NCBI GenBank assembly: GCA_965235115.1
Contig: OZ249436.1
Location: forward strand, 33,108,001 to 33,172,000
Length of the DNA stretch: 64,000 bases
Reading direction: 5' to 3'
Source: Laetmonice hystrix
Lineage: Eukaryota
This document shows, in pieces, positions 12,771 to 24,860 of this stretch. Both the position numbers and the translations under genes were made by a program. The notes below the pieces were generated by a model. That model was not told the origin of the DNA. It did no database searches and saw only the letters and a list, made by a program, of their open reading frames with translations. The first letter of the stretch is position 1. Every line of letters begins with the position of its first letter.

Positions 12771-14569
12771 TGAGAGGTGAAGACTAGGTCAGCTTCCAGT
12801 TATGTAATAGCTTTGATGCAACAAGTGGGATCACATATTATCCGGCACACGACAGAAAGTGTTTATATTCCACTATTAACACCCTGACAGTCACAGGTCC
12901 TCCTGCAGTTTGATGTCATTTACCCGTGACCTTTCAGCGGGTTACCCTGCTATGTATACACCTTTGTCTGTCAATGTATGCTCCCATACTATAAGTCCTA
13001 CCTTCCAAGAACCCATTTTTCCCCTGACCTTAGCCTTTCTCCTGCAATTATCCCGGATCCAGTGCCATTCATCTGTAGCCTGTGCTCACCTTTGACCCCT
13101 GTCCCTTTCAAACCCACCGGGCCACGTGTTCCAACCTCCTTATTAGCCCCTCCCTCCGACTTGACCCCCCTCAGATTAAAACCAACCTGAGATTGTCCTT
13201 TCTTCATCGATCTCCACTGGAGCAGTAAGAGGGGTAAGTATGGGGGTCGGGCCCTCACAAAGAGCCGTCCCACTGATTAACATGAGCTGGGCAGCGACCC
13301 TGCTACTAAAAACTGGGTATCGGTACACGTCCAAACGGTGTGCACTCCAACGACTGGGTGATGATGTCGGTGGACATTATCCAACTGACTGCTGACATAC
13401 AGCCGACTGTACAAACGAATTCTTCACTCCCCTGGCTGAGAGCGAAACACGTCTGCAACCTGCATCTAGCCACAGGTTCCCGTCCCAAAATGATATTCAC
13501 AAATTTACCACTTTTTGGTGGATGATAATGTATACATACTGACCAACTCTTTTGAAAAAAGTCATGTCAACCCTTTTGAAGTAGGCTACCTACAAGATAG
13601 AATGTATAATGTAAATATGTCATATGTGTCCATTCAAAGGTACCCTACAGTGGTTTATGGCATAATAAGTCAGTAAACCTTCAGTATCTCAGACGTTAAC
13701 GATGCCCAGGTACACATACACAAAGGCCTGCTGACTGTGAATGGTAGAACACGGTTCATTCCAGGCTCCTGCTGGCAAGTGGTCTACCAGAGAACTAGTA
13801 CGACTCCAGCCCGGTCCAGCTGGTGACTGTCCACAGTATTCGGCCCGAGGGAAACCACCAAAAGTCGCACCGTTTCTCCCTTGGTCCTACTTGGTACCAG
13901 TCTCCTCAATCAATCGGAAAATGCTAGTAATTGCCTCTTTGACATAAAATATACATTACTGTTTTGATAAACTTGTTGCCCGTTTACATACAACGTTGTG
14001 TGCTAAGGATATTAGGACGATGATTTTTGTTCGTAAATTGCCATTTTGTCTCTTCATTATCAAGTATACATATATCAATGACACGCAAGTGTCATTGGCG
14101 GGATCTGTTGGCAGGACCTTGTATTAGTGTTGTCCCCTATTATCTAATGCCCTGTCTCTATTATTGTGTCCTGCCCCAGACAGCATCCTCAATCAACTCT
14201 CCATGGCCATGAACCCAGAACAAAAAATTCCTAACTCGCTTCATCCAGTCTGACCCCAAACATTGTCCCACCCAGTACGTCCTGTGGATGACTGGGTTCA
14301 TGGGTTACAAACCAATCTCCACTCCTGTGGTTTCTTTCCTGTCTGTGCTTCATTTAACATTCACTTATCTCATCAACTCCCTTGTTCTTGTTCCCTCAAC
14401 CACACGCCAGCCCAACACCAACCCTCAACAGCCGGGTGCGGCCATCCTGAACAGAACTCCCCCATTTTTTTCATCATTTCCTTATTTTAATGCACTGCCC
14501 TTATCTCCCTGATGGTTCCACCTGGCCCCTTTTCAAGACGTGCCAGCACACCTAATCTCCTCATAACGA

Positions 14570-14780
14570 CCCTGAGCTCACATAATGCCTCCAAACGTCG
14601 CCAGCGCCGCCTTTTGAGAACACCTTCCTGCCAGCCACGTGTGGCGTCACGCACCACCGACTCCCATCGTCAACACCTGGGTGCAGCCGCCCGCAGTTTG
14701 GGTGCATGGTTCGCTGGACGTGTTTGGGTCGGTCCCCAAATGTTTCTCCCATGTCACCAGTCCAGCTGCTGCAACGCTCC
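14570..14780 (-). mobile_element. Degenerate RTE-like LINE 3' fragment
   Basis: Frameshifted translation WTGDMGETFGDRPKHV ... RWESVVRDATRGWQEGVLKRRRWRRLEALC resembles the RTE ORF C-terminus (WxGHxxR...DRxPK...RWxDxV...W...DRxxWRxLxxAxC); recognised by eye. Confidence 0.5.
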
Positions 14781-16042
14781 TTCACCATTGTTGACGCTCC
14801 GTGAACAACTTTACAATGTTTGCTACAAAGGTTTACAAAATGGTCTGCTACAAAGGTTTACAAAATGACGCCCATGTCCGACACTATGAATACAACGGTC
14901 GGAGATCCGCTACAAACAACTCAACATATGCTTACAAGTGGCAAATACTTGACGACACAGACCCCTTCAGGTCAACAGCCCCTTTCCAATAAATCCGTTT
15001 AATTCCACTACAAAAGTATACCTGTATTTTAAATCCTCTTGAGTCTGATCAGGACAACCCCCCACTCCAGTATTCCTCCTTTGCCAGGTAGACAGCCAAT
15101 AAGAAACGGGCCGTCGTCCCTGGAAAACTAAGCCAGGGACCTTCCTCAACATCTTACGTTCTCGTGTTGCGGGAGTCGGGTGGCCGTCCGCCTATCACGT
15201 TACAGCTTTCAGACGACTTCAGCCAGCGATCGTAGCGACACCAGACACCAGCAGGCCGCACGGCTAGGCCTGTCTCATTCCCTGGTAATCACCCCCACCC
15301 TCCATTGGCATTGTTCCCCATGTAATGATAGACAAGTAATTTCTCCCCTTTTTCACAAACTATTAACTGTTCAGTCATATTACATAGGGTACTTATGAAG
15401 CCCACAAGACAAAACATGAGGCACAATTAATAACGGACTTGGACTGACTATACAGATAGTAACATAATATCGTTCTGCAGAGTCTCTGCATTACCGGTGA
15501 CATTTGCACCGGGCTTTCTTATGTGTATAGCAACATTAAATCGCGGACTTGGAACATCAGCGGAAAGTACATCCGAATAACACTGCTAGCTAGAGTATAT
15601 CCAGCAATCGTAAAAGTAATACGCAAAAGAATGTAATATGAAAAGGTTCCCTTGAAGAAGGAAAGAACTCTATAAAGAAAGGACCCCTAGTCAATGAAAG
15701 CACTCTTGGAGCGGACTGGACTGCATGCGAGGACCTCTCCATGCCAACCCTTTCCTCATCAGTCACACAATGTAAACGCTGAATGCCCCATCACTCAGCT
15801 AAGAAATCTATATTTGCCTTTGTTTTCTCCTATACATACGTTTCCTCCCATGCTCAATTGTCTTATTGTTTACCTTGGCCCCCTTTGTGGCGGCTGAGTC
15901 ATTCAAGTGGATCTAAGACAGGTCACCTGATTCCATGCCCAGGTGTTCAACAGGTAAATCTGCCTTCCTAATGAACCACCGTCTCGTCTGCTCCGGCTTA
16001 TCTAGGTACACTATGCATCTTCTAGTCATCTTTAAAGGCAAC

Positions 16043-16138
16043 TCCTAATCCGGACAGTGAGTGTGCACTACAGGTCCTAATCCGGACAGTGAGTGTGCAC
16101 TAAAGGTCCTAATCCGGACAGTGAGTGTGCACTAAAGG
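16043..16138. repeat. 32-bp tandem repeat x3
   Basis: tcctaatccggacagtgagtgtgcactaaagg repeated three times. Confidence 0.95.
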
Positions 16139-16320
16139 TTAAGGACAAGTATTAGAAGAAAACATAATTTATAGCATTCATCCACATTAGGCCTAACCTT
16201 TTGCGGTCGCATGATTATTAACAGGCCTCAATGTGGAAACACACGTACTGTTTTGCCAAATTTTCAAAGTCGCAAAGCGATTCGTGGAATGATTATTGAG
16301 GACACTACAGACACTGACCA

Positions 16321-16757
16321 CAGGATCACCACCGTAATCAAAGATTTCCCATTCTCCATATCCTACATGTACTCCTTACAGCCCGCCCATCTCAATGTAA
16401 CATAACCTGGCAGCATCACCACCGTAATCAAAGATTTCCCATTCATATCTTACATGTACTCCCCACAGCTCACCCATCTCAATGTAACATAACCTGGCAG
16501 CATCACCACCGTAATCAAAGATTTCCCATTCTCCATATGTACTCCTTACAGCCCGCCCATCTCAATGTAACATAACCTGGCAGGATCACCACCGTAATCA
16601 AAGATTTCCCATTCTCCATATCCTACATGTACTCCTTACAGCGCGCCCATCTCAATGTAACATAACCCGGCAGCATCACCACCGTAATCAAAGATATCCC
16701 ATTCTCCATATCCTACATGTACTCCTTACAGCCCACCCATCTCAATGTAACATAACC
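16321..16757. repeat. About 88-bp tandem repeat x5
   Basis: Unit cagcatcaccaccgtaatcaaagatttcccattctccatatcctacatgtactccttacagcccgcccatctcaatgtaacataacctgg, with small indels. Confidence 0.95.
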
Positions 16758-18015
16758 CATCCTTTAATATCGTCGCTCGACGTCCGCCTAGCTCTGTATA
16801 AATGAAACTCTATAAATAAAGGCCTTCACAATTTACTGACGGTTGATCCATGAACATAGAGATCACTGACAATACAAGCTGCAGTGCTTTTATTCACGGA
16901 ATATAATATCGACGCAGGTAATACGAGCAAGTTATTCTTCTATTAAAAGCAGACATTTAAAAACACAAAAGAAGTCTCCGTTATATCCAGATATTGACCA
17001 GACAGCCTACCTTGAAACGCATTGACGAACAATGTATTTTTAAAACATTGACAATGGAACCTTCCACGGTGATGGGGGTCGGGTTGTATGTACGTTAACC
17101 GCCAATGGGTTTTTTTTCAGGGGGGGGGGAGGATGGGGTCCTGATGTTGTGACTTGGTTATTGATACGGTGTACGATCTGTGCTGGGCCTGCTGTGGGTA
17201 AGACGTGATGAACAGGGCAGAAGTTCACGGAGACATGTTTACATGTCGGAGTAGCGGCCATCACGGTGGTGTAGGCAGCCTCTACCATTACCCGAGTAAT
17301 GAGGTGTGAAGATAGGACAACATACGCGGGAGGGGGGGGGGTGCGTGTTGACCCCTTCGGTTTCTAGTATTTCTACCAAAACAACACTTTCTTCTGTTAT
17401 TTCTGCCACTTAATGTACTGTAACATTCAGTTGACCAGCCATGAAGGTTCGTTTTGACTGGAATCTCTCAGTCCTGTCTCTGGATACAGGAGAAGGGTTA
17501 ACAGCACTCCCAACTCAAACCCACTATCTTCAGTCACATTCCCCAGGGTACACTGCCCTTCCTGACGACCCAGATTATCGGCCGATTATCCCCCATTCTC
17601 TTACTAATCCAATCCGAAAAGCCTCGATCCCTCAACGACAAGACAACATCAAGCCAGACATAACTTCATGTAAATTACCAGCTTGTCCAATTACCTTCCT
17701 GATGACGGTCCTGTTTTACTAGCCGGTATCAATGTCTCACAGAGGACGACCGCCGTCCCCCCAGCCCAACCCGACTTCGCCCGGCTTCCCCTCGTGGGGA
17801 CCGCCGGCAAATTGAATTTCCCGTCTCCCGGGACAACTTGGCGCGGTGGGCCGGGAGCTCTGCGCACTGTCAACAGCCAGACCAGCACAGACTCCAGTAT
17901 AGTACCCACCAGCTGCCTCTGCTCGCCAACAGTAAGGGTCAATGTCTTGTAGACACAAGACCCTTCGGCTGACTCGTCTTCATATCCTGCCTCCCGCCAT
18001 TCATTGCATGTAATG

Positions 18016-18581
18016 CAATGTTCTACCTCCTTCTAGTATAGGGTATAATGTTCTATCTCCTCCTATAGGCTATAATGTTCTACATGTACCTCCTCCTAGT
18101 ATAGGGTATAATGTTCTACCTCCTCCTAGTATAGGGTATAATGTTCTACCTCCTCCTAGTATAGGGTATAATGTTCTACATGTACCTCCTCCTAGTTTCG
18201 GGTATAATGTTCTACCTCCTCCTAGTATAATGTTCTACATGTACCTCCTCCTAGTATAGGATATAATGTTCTACCTCCTCCTAGTATAGGGTACAATGTT
18301 CTACCTCCTCCTAGTATAGGATATAATGTTCTACCTCCTCCTAGTATAGGGTACAATGTTCTACCTCCTCCTAGTATAGGTTATAATGTTCTACCTCCTC
18401 CTAGTTTCGGGTATAATGTTCTACATGTACCTCCTCCTAGTATAGGGTATAATGTTCTACCTCCTCCTAGTATAGGGTATAATGTTCTACCTCCTCCTAG
18501 TATAGGATATAATGTTCTACCTCCTCCTAGTATAGGGTACAATGTTCTACCTCCTCCTAGTATAGGGTACAATGTTCTACC
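18016..18581. repeat. 30-bp minisatellite, about 18-19 copies
   Basis: Unit tatagggtataatgttctacctcctcctag; produces the GGGRTLYPIL pseudo-ORF. Confidence 0.96.
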
Positions 18582-20999
18582 TTTGGCATTGTTATCATTC
18601 TTGGTACTGGGAAAACGCTTGCTAAGCAAGCCGTCCCACATTTCTTGAGTTTCAGATCGAGTAGGCCTAATTGCTGACAAGCAGTGCCAATACCGACCGA
18701 AGATCCACATAACTTTATCTCTATCTCTCTCCTCTACGTGTTGCTTTGTTCTTCCTCCACTCCGATGTGACATCCACCTTTTTCTCCACCTTGCCACACA
18801 ACCAGTTAACACCCCTGCCATCATCCACACCTCAAAACAAATTCCATTAAACCAAGATTGATTTTGCCGCCGAACTTCGTTTTTTTCACTGCATATAAAC
18901 AACAAATTAAGCCGAACTGCTCCTGCTAATCGACGCTCTCAGCACCGTGTCACACTACAACACTAAACAGAGACACTTGGAGAAGGAACCCTCTCGATTA
19001 TCGCTCTTCTTGATGCAGCAATAACCCTGTAATCAACGACTTTCGTAATCACTTTCGTCAATACAATACGTCGGTGTTATCGACAAGTGAATGGTGAACC
19101 TCCTTATCAGCTCTTGTCACCTCAAGTGATAGCACTCCGTCGATACTTCAGATATTCAGGAGTCAGAAAAAAAATCTTACGAAGCAACCATCTAATTAAA
19201 TTATCGCTTACATCAGTGTCGGAGTACTGTTCTGTTAATGACTCTACTAATTAAATACCACTGCTGTGAAATTACACCATCGAGTCGCTGCGGTATAAAA
19301 AGGTAAGGAATCACTTCGGAGTTCTACGTACTTGCCCTCAGCGCTCTTGTGGCCCTGATTGAAAAATTACATTACATTACATATCAGTGTATCTTGCCAA
19401 TGGCATATCGGACAAACAGATATGTATACTGCACTTAGTCAATTTGCGTTTAAAGATAGCAAAGAGAGAAGCCTTCTAGACTGAAATAGGTGCTTTTTTT
19501 AGATGGCTTATGTGTAAGCATTTTAACACAGTTGACTTGTCGTTATAGGAGTCGTCCAGCAAAAGCCCTTGTAGGGGGATATAAGAATTCCAAGGACGCT
19601 TCCCCAAACAAATCATATCCCATCCAAACAGGCTGGTGACACTGACACTGAGCAACTATTTCCCACTTTCTGTCACAACTAAATCTGCAGAGCAAACAAA
19701 GTCTTTGTCGAGGACGAAACTGCTCAAACAGACCATGCTTGCAGATCATGCGGCCCATAACGCACCAAAATACCGCTTGCCTGTCTCTCTGTATGCTTTA
19801 GGGAAATCCCTAGGTCAAACTGGCCAAACACAGCCAGTTTCATGTCGGCTTTCCCAAGGTTATTATGGCCTCATCCAAGAGTGTTTATGGTATCACTCTA
19901 GATACAAGACCAATCGTCTACGGATTTATAGGCTTATGTGTTTTCTTTTACAAGATGTTGAATTTTCTAACTCAATGCTTTACTATACACGGGTACTGAT
20001 CATGGCGGAAAATCAACACTGCACTTAATGAATCGGCTGCACATACAAATGTACCTGATCGACCTATGTTAATGATGTTTTTAACTACCAGGTCAATCTT
20101 TGCATGCACGTGTGTCCACAGACGCCTGCTGTATATTACCCAGTGTGTAAACCTCCCTCTCGACGATACACAGTTACAGTTCAATTCCTGCTACCCGCAT
20201 GTACCTTGATAGAAAAGGCATGGCCCTTTACTGCAATCTACGCAGGTCTTTCGTCGCTCTCTTCGCATTCCTCCACCGTGGCCGCCTGGTGGCCGGGGCC
20301 CACACTAAAAGTGCGATGACCCTCTGACCTGGTCAGCTGGTCACTGGTCAGTCTCAGACTGACCAGGAAGTAATGGTCTGACACAAATAAGTGTGTAACA
20401 TCGTATCAGGGTAGATACGCTAAGCTCTCACAAAAATTAGCAATGTGAGAGATCACTTAAATGTAGCTAAATCATGGTCTCTCCTCAAATAAGTACGACA
20501 TGGCTGGGAGCAATCTCTAAGTGCCATTGGTTACTGACTGGATGATCTATGTTGAGTGAGACATCTGTAGGCTATGGTTGAAACCGCTCCGATTGTTCCG
20601 AAATCTTGACTTGGCCGTTATTCCTAGGAGGAAGGGTGGTGGCCAACAGGCGGTGTTTTACACACATTCACTCCGTCATACATTCCATAACATCTCGACT
20701 TTATAGCCTGGCTCTCAGACTTCCACCAGAGGGGGTTGTATGACAAGAAACAGAGTAGTCATATACAAGGATTTATTAAGTGTGAAAAAGACCAGCCGAG
20801 GAGGCAAAGAGGGTGTTAGAAACACCCCCGACCATTCACACGGCACTCAGGGCTACTCGCCACCTCCAGGACGATCAGGGACTGCCTGACCCTACCTCAA
20901 TCCCCCCACTCATCTGACCCAGCCGACCCGTGCGCCATCAGTCGACTGTGTCCAGAGATCGCCCCCAGTGTCTGCTTGCTGGCGGGGTACGTTCCACTG

Positions 21000-21260
21000 G
21001 CGGTGCGTTCTGATCGATCAATGTTTGCGTGGCCTCCTGCAGTTACTCAAACTGACACCCAGTAAACTCCTCCAACCGCCTCCGCCAAGTCCTGGCGCTG
21101 CTATTCTTCCCGACGTCAAGAGGCGCCGAGGGAGACGAGAGTTTCTTTCCTAACACGTCCCTAACAAGGCGCCGGGGAGCGGTGGGCCGACAGCTGCTGG
21201 CCGCGGCTCCTCGCTCACGGCCGGCCGGCTGTGGCCACCGCCCGCCCGCCGGACACGTCC
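21000..21260 (-). mobile_element. Degenerate RTE/RTEX-like LINE 3' fragment
   Basis: Translation LVRDVL...VGKNSSARTWRRRLEEFTGCQFE*LQEATQ resembles the RTEX-type end LVSDVLLW...GRPARTY...LEEDTGCQxEELxxAM; contains an in-frame stop; recognised by eye. Confidence 0.42.
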
Positions 21261-22860
21261 CCAGTGGGGCCACCCCCTGCAGCCCAATGTTTCTCTATAC
21301 CGACAACTGGCCTTGGGGCTGCATGGTTTGGCCATGACCGGCCGTTACTTGATGTCCCTGAGGAAGGACTCGTTCTGCTGACGAGTGGATGCTGGCGCCC
21401 GGCCGAGTACATATGGCACGAGGGGGGTATGCGTGTGGAGTCGAGGCACGAGTCGCGTACAACTACATAATGGTACAATAACAGGTTACTGACTTATCAT
21501 CATTAATTTCCGTACTCTTCCTGGGCTTGGGATGATTACTAACCGGACTACTGTAATGGCCTTTCCCGCCACACCATGCTAACACACGGGTCCCATGGAC
21601 AGACGCTGCTATCTATGGACGGTCCAATGAATTAAAATCTTTAAACAGAACACACGTTCTAATTCACAAAGAGAAATTAGGATTATATAGCTCCGTCCAT
21701 TACTCATTCTATCTCCAAACCAGGTGGACCTCATAGAAGTGACCCCCTTATCACTTGACCTACACTTTTAATGACCCACCCAACTATTATTCACCCCTGT
21801 ACTGTGAAATCTTTTCCTCGCTGACAATCTGAGCTTCCCTCTACAGAGATAACCACATCATGTTGTTAATGAATTCTCACTTCCCATGTCATTACGGGCC
21901 GGGTAACGGGTAATCTGTTTGCGTCAGGTTGGGTCGGACTGGGCCTCCCGCTCTACGGTCCAGTGGGCGTGGGCCGTGCCATGGTGTTGATGATCACAGG
22001 GCCAAGGGAACCCCTGCACACCTCCCCCTACATCATGGTTCCTCACACCGGCAACACCCCCCAACTCACCCCCCACCCCCAACTCAACCCCCACCCACCC
22101 CCATACCCTCCAGCCATCACAAAGGCAATCCCTCATTTAGCAATATCCGACACTTCCCAATATTGATTTAGACGATTTTATTAGCGATTACGACGGGACG
22201 AATTCATTATCTCATCCCGACAAGTGGAAAACATTCCACTGAATATGTCCAGATAGGGCCTGACTCAACGTAACACAAGGAAATCATGCAGATCTTCCCG
22301 TTCTGGCCTGCAGTAACCCAATGTCGCAGCATCCTTCCTCCAGGAAATGGAATCATCCAACATCATTTTAACAGCCCCGTTTTTATCCACAGATACTCAA
22401 TCGTGTCTCCGGGATGCAATTAATTCTTCAATCTCCTAGCGGTGACCGGATCTAGTTCTTCTTGTCTCGTATACTGGACGAGCAGTGAGCCGCTAATGAC
22501 AAGTACGGAGTCCGGTGATTGGTAACTGAACACTAAGGTCTCCTCGACACCTGACACCTGTCAGGGACAGCTGGACCTTTGAGATCATGACCTACAGGTG
22601 CGTATCGGTGTACATCTCAATCCCGAAACTCAGCCGCTCTCATCATTATTACAACCGTCAGTCACGACTAGGCCGATCCAACAACAGTTCAGGCCAATCA
22701 TTATGCTCTTGACCTACATTGAAGTTCCTTTTGAAATCATGATAGCATTCAGTTCACCATTATTTTCAAATGCTATATGGACGGCACCCGGGCCATTATG
22801 TGCCCGTAAATTTACAGACCTTGCACGCTGGTCACACACACAGATACTAACGCTGAGCCT

Positions 22861-23490
22861 ATTGCGGATTCGTTCTGATCTTGAGCACCATCTCATGTAC
22901 AAAATATTGCGGATTCGTTCTGATCTTGAGTACCATCTCATGTACAAAATATTGCGGATTCGTTCTGATCTTGAGCACCATCTCATGTACAAAATATTGC
23001 GGATTCGTTCTGATCTTGAGTACCATCTCATGTACAAAATATTGCGGATTCGTTCTGATCTTGAGCACCATCTCATGTACAAAATATTGCGGATTCGTTC
23101 TGATCTTGAGCACCATCTCATGTACAAAATATTGCGGATTCGTTCTGATCTTGAGTACCATCTTAAGTACAAAATATTGCGGATTCGTTCTGATCTTGAG
23201 TACCATCTCAAGTACAAAATATTGCGGATTCGTTCTGATCTTGAGCACCATCTCATGTACAAAATATTGCGGATTCGTTATGACCTTGAGTACCATCTCC
23301 TGTACAAAATATTGCGGATTCGTTCTGACCTTGAGTACCATCTCAAGTACAAAATATTGCGGATTCGTTATGACCTCCAGTACCATCTCAAGTACAAAAT
23401 ATTGCGGATTCGTTATGACCTTAAGTACCATCTCAAGTACAAAATATTGCGGATTCGTTATGACCTTGAGCACCATCTCAAGTACAAAAT
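22861..23490. repeat. 45-bp tandem repeat x14
   Basis: Unit attgcggattcgttctgatcttgagcaccatctcatgtacaaaat with exact 45-bp period; the 13th unit starts at 23401. Confidence 0.98.
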
Positions 23491-23618
23491 ACCGAGTTCA
23501 ACCATTTCAAATCAATGCACAATTATATCCTCCCATGCACTGACGGAAACAGGCCCTAAATTTCTATTCATATCGCTGTCTCAGTTTGACCTCAGACGCC
23601 CCGACCGGGATGGTAGGA

Positions 23619-23632
23619 CTGCCCCCTGGCGG
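23619..23632 (-). promoter_or_regulatory. CTCF-like motif (CCGCCAGGGGGCAG)
   Basis: Exact core consensus match; sequence only. Confidence 0.4.
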
Positions 23633-23857
23633 GGACGCGGGGAGGCCGGGGCAGCCATCAGAGAGTTTCTCAGCGGGTCCTCGGGTCCCCCCGGATCGGT
23701 CCTACGCGGCAGGATACCACGGACTTCCTCCTGGTCCGGTCCCAGGGACACCCGGCCTACTGATCAAACCAATGCCGTACGTCGAGACGGCGATGACTTG
23801 GAAGATTTGTCGCTGTTTGGGGATGGGATTGGAATCGGCAGCTTCTGTGGATATTGA

Positions 23858-24860
23858 GGACGGTGGTATGGGTATCTGCTCGGATGGGGGACGGTGGTAT
23901 GGGTATCTGCTAGGATGGGGGACGGTGGTATAGGTATCTGCTAGGATGGGGGGGGGGGGGGCGGTATGGGTATCTGCTAGGATGGGGGATGGTGGTATGG
24001 GTATCTGCTAGGATGGGGGACGGTGGTATGGGTATCTGCTAGGATGGGGGGGGGGGGGCGGTATGGGTATCTCCTCGGATGGGGGACGGTGGTATGGGTA
24101 TCTCCTAGGATGGGGGACGGTGGTATGGGTATCTGCTAGGATGGGGGACGGTGGTATGGGTATCTGCTCGGATGGGGGACGGTGGTATGGGTATCTGCTC
24201 GGATGGGGGACGGTGGTATGGGTATCTGCTAGGATGGGGGACGGTGGTATGGGTATCTGCTAGGATGGGGGACGGTGGTATGGGTATCTGCTAGGATGGG
24301 GGACGGTGGTATGGGTATCTGCTCGGATGGGGGACGGTGGTATGGGTATCTGCTAGGATGGGGGATGGTGGTATGGGCATCTCCTAGGATGGGGGCAGTG
24401 GTATGGGTATCTGCTAGGATGGGGGACGGTGGTATGGGTATCTGCTAGGATGGGGGATGGTGGTATGGGTATCTGCTAGGATGGGGGATGGTGGTATGGG
24501 TATCTGCTAGGATGGGGGATGGTGGTATGGGCATCTCCTAGGATGGGGGCAGTGGTATGGGTATCTGCTAGGATGGGGGACGGTGGTATGGGTATCTGCT
24601 AGGATGGGGGATGGTGGTATGGGTATCTGCTAGGATGGGGGATGGTGGTATGGGTATCTGCTAGGATGGGGGATGGTGGTATGGGCATCTCCTAGGATGG
24701 GGGACGGTGGTATGGGTATCTCCTAGGATGGGGGCAGTGGTATGGGTATCTCCCAAGGATGGGGGACGGTGGTATGGGTATCTGCTAGGATGGGGACGGT
24801 GCTATGGGTATCTCCTAGGATGGGGGACGGTGGTAGGGGTATATCTGTTAGGATTCGGGA
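23858..24860. repeat. 31-bp G-rich minisatellite, about 32 copies
   Basis: Unit gggggacggtggtatgggtatctgctaggat; two units have expanded poly-G. Confidence 0.96.

Noticed and set aside
12998-13273. Gly/Lys-rich minus ORF with a phase-1 donor near 13090
   Set aside because: No phase-compatible acceptor with a pyrimidine tract.
18381-18905. 174-aa ORF with GGGRTLYPIL repeats
   Set aside because: Translation of the 30-bp minisatellite.
20344-20366. Perfect 10-bp hairpin ctggtcagtc-tca-gactgaccag
   Set aside because: A stem of this length is within chance expectation for 64 kb.
22598-23857. 419-aa plus-strand ORF and three overlapping repetitive ORFs
   Set aside because: GTG start, no recognisable domain, and the length comes from a 45-bp tandem unit that lacks stops.
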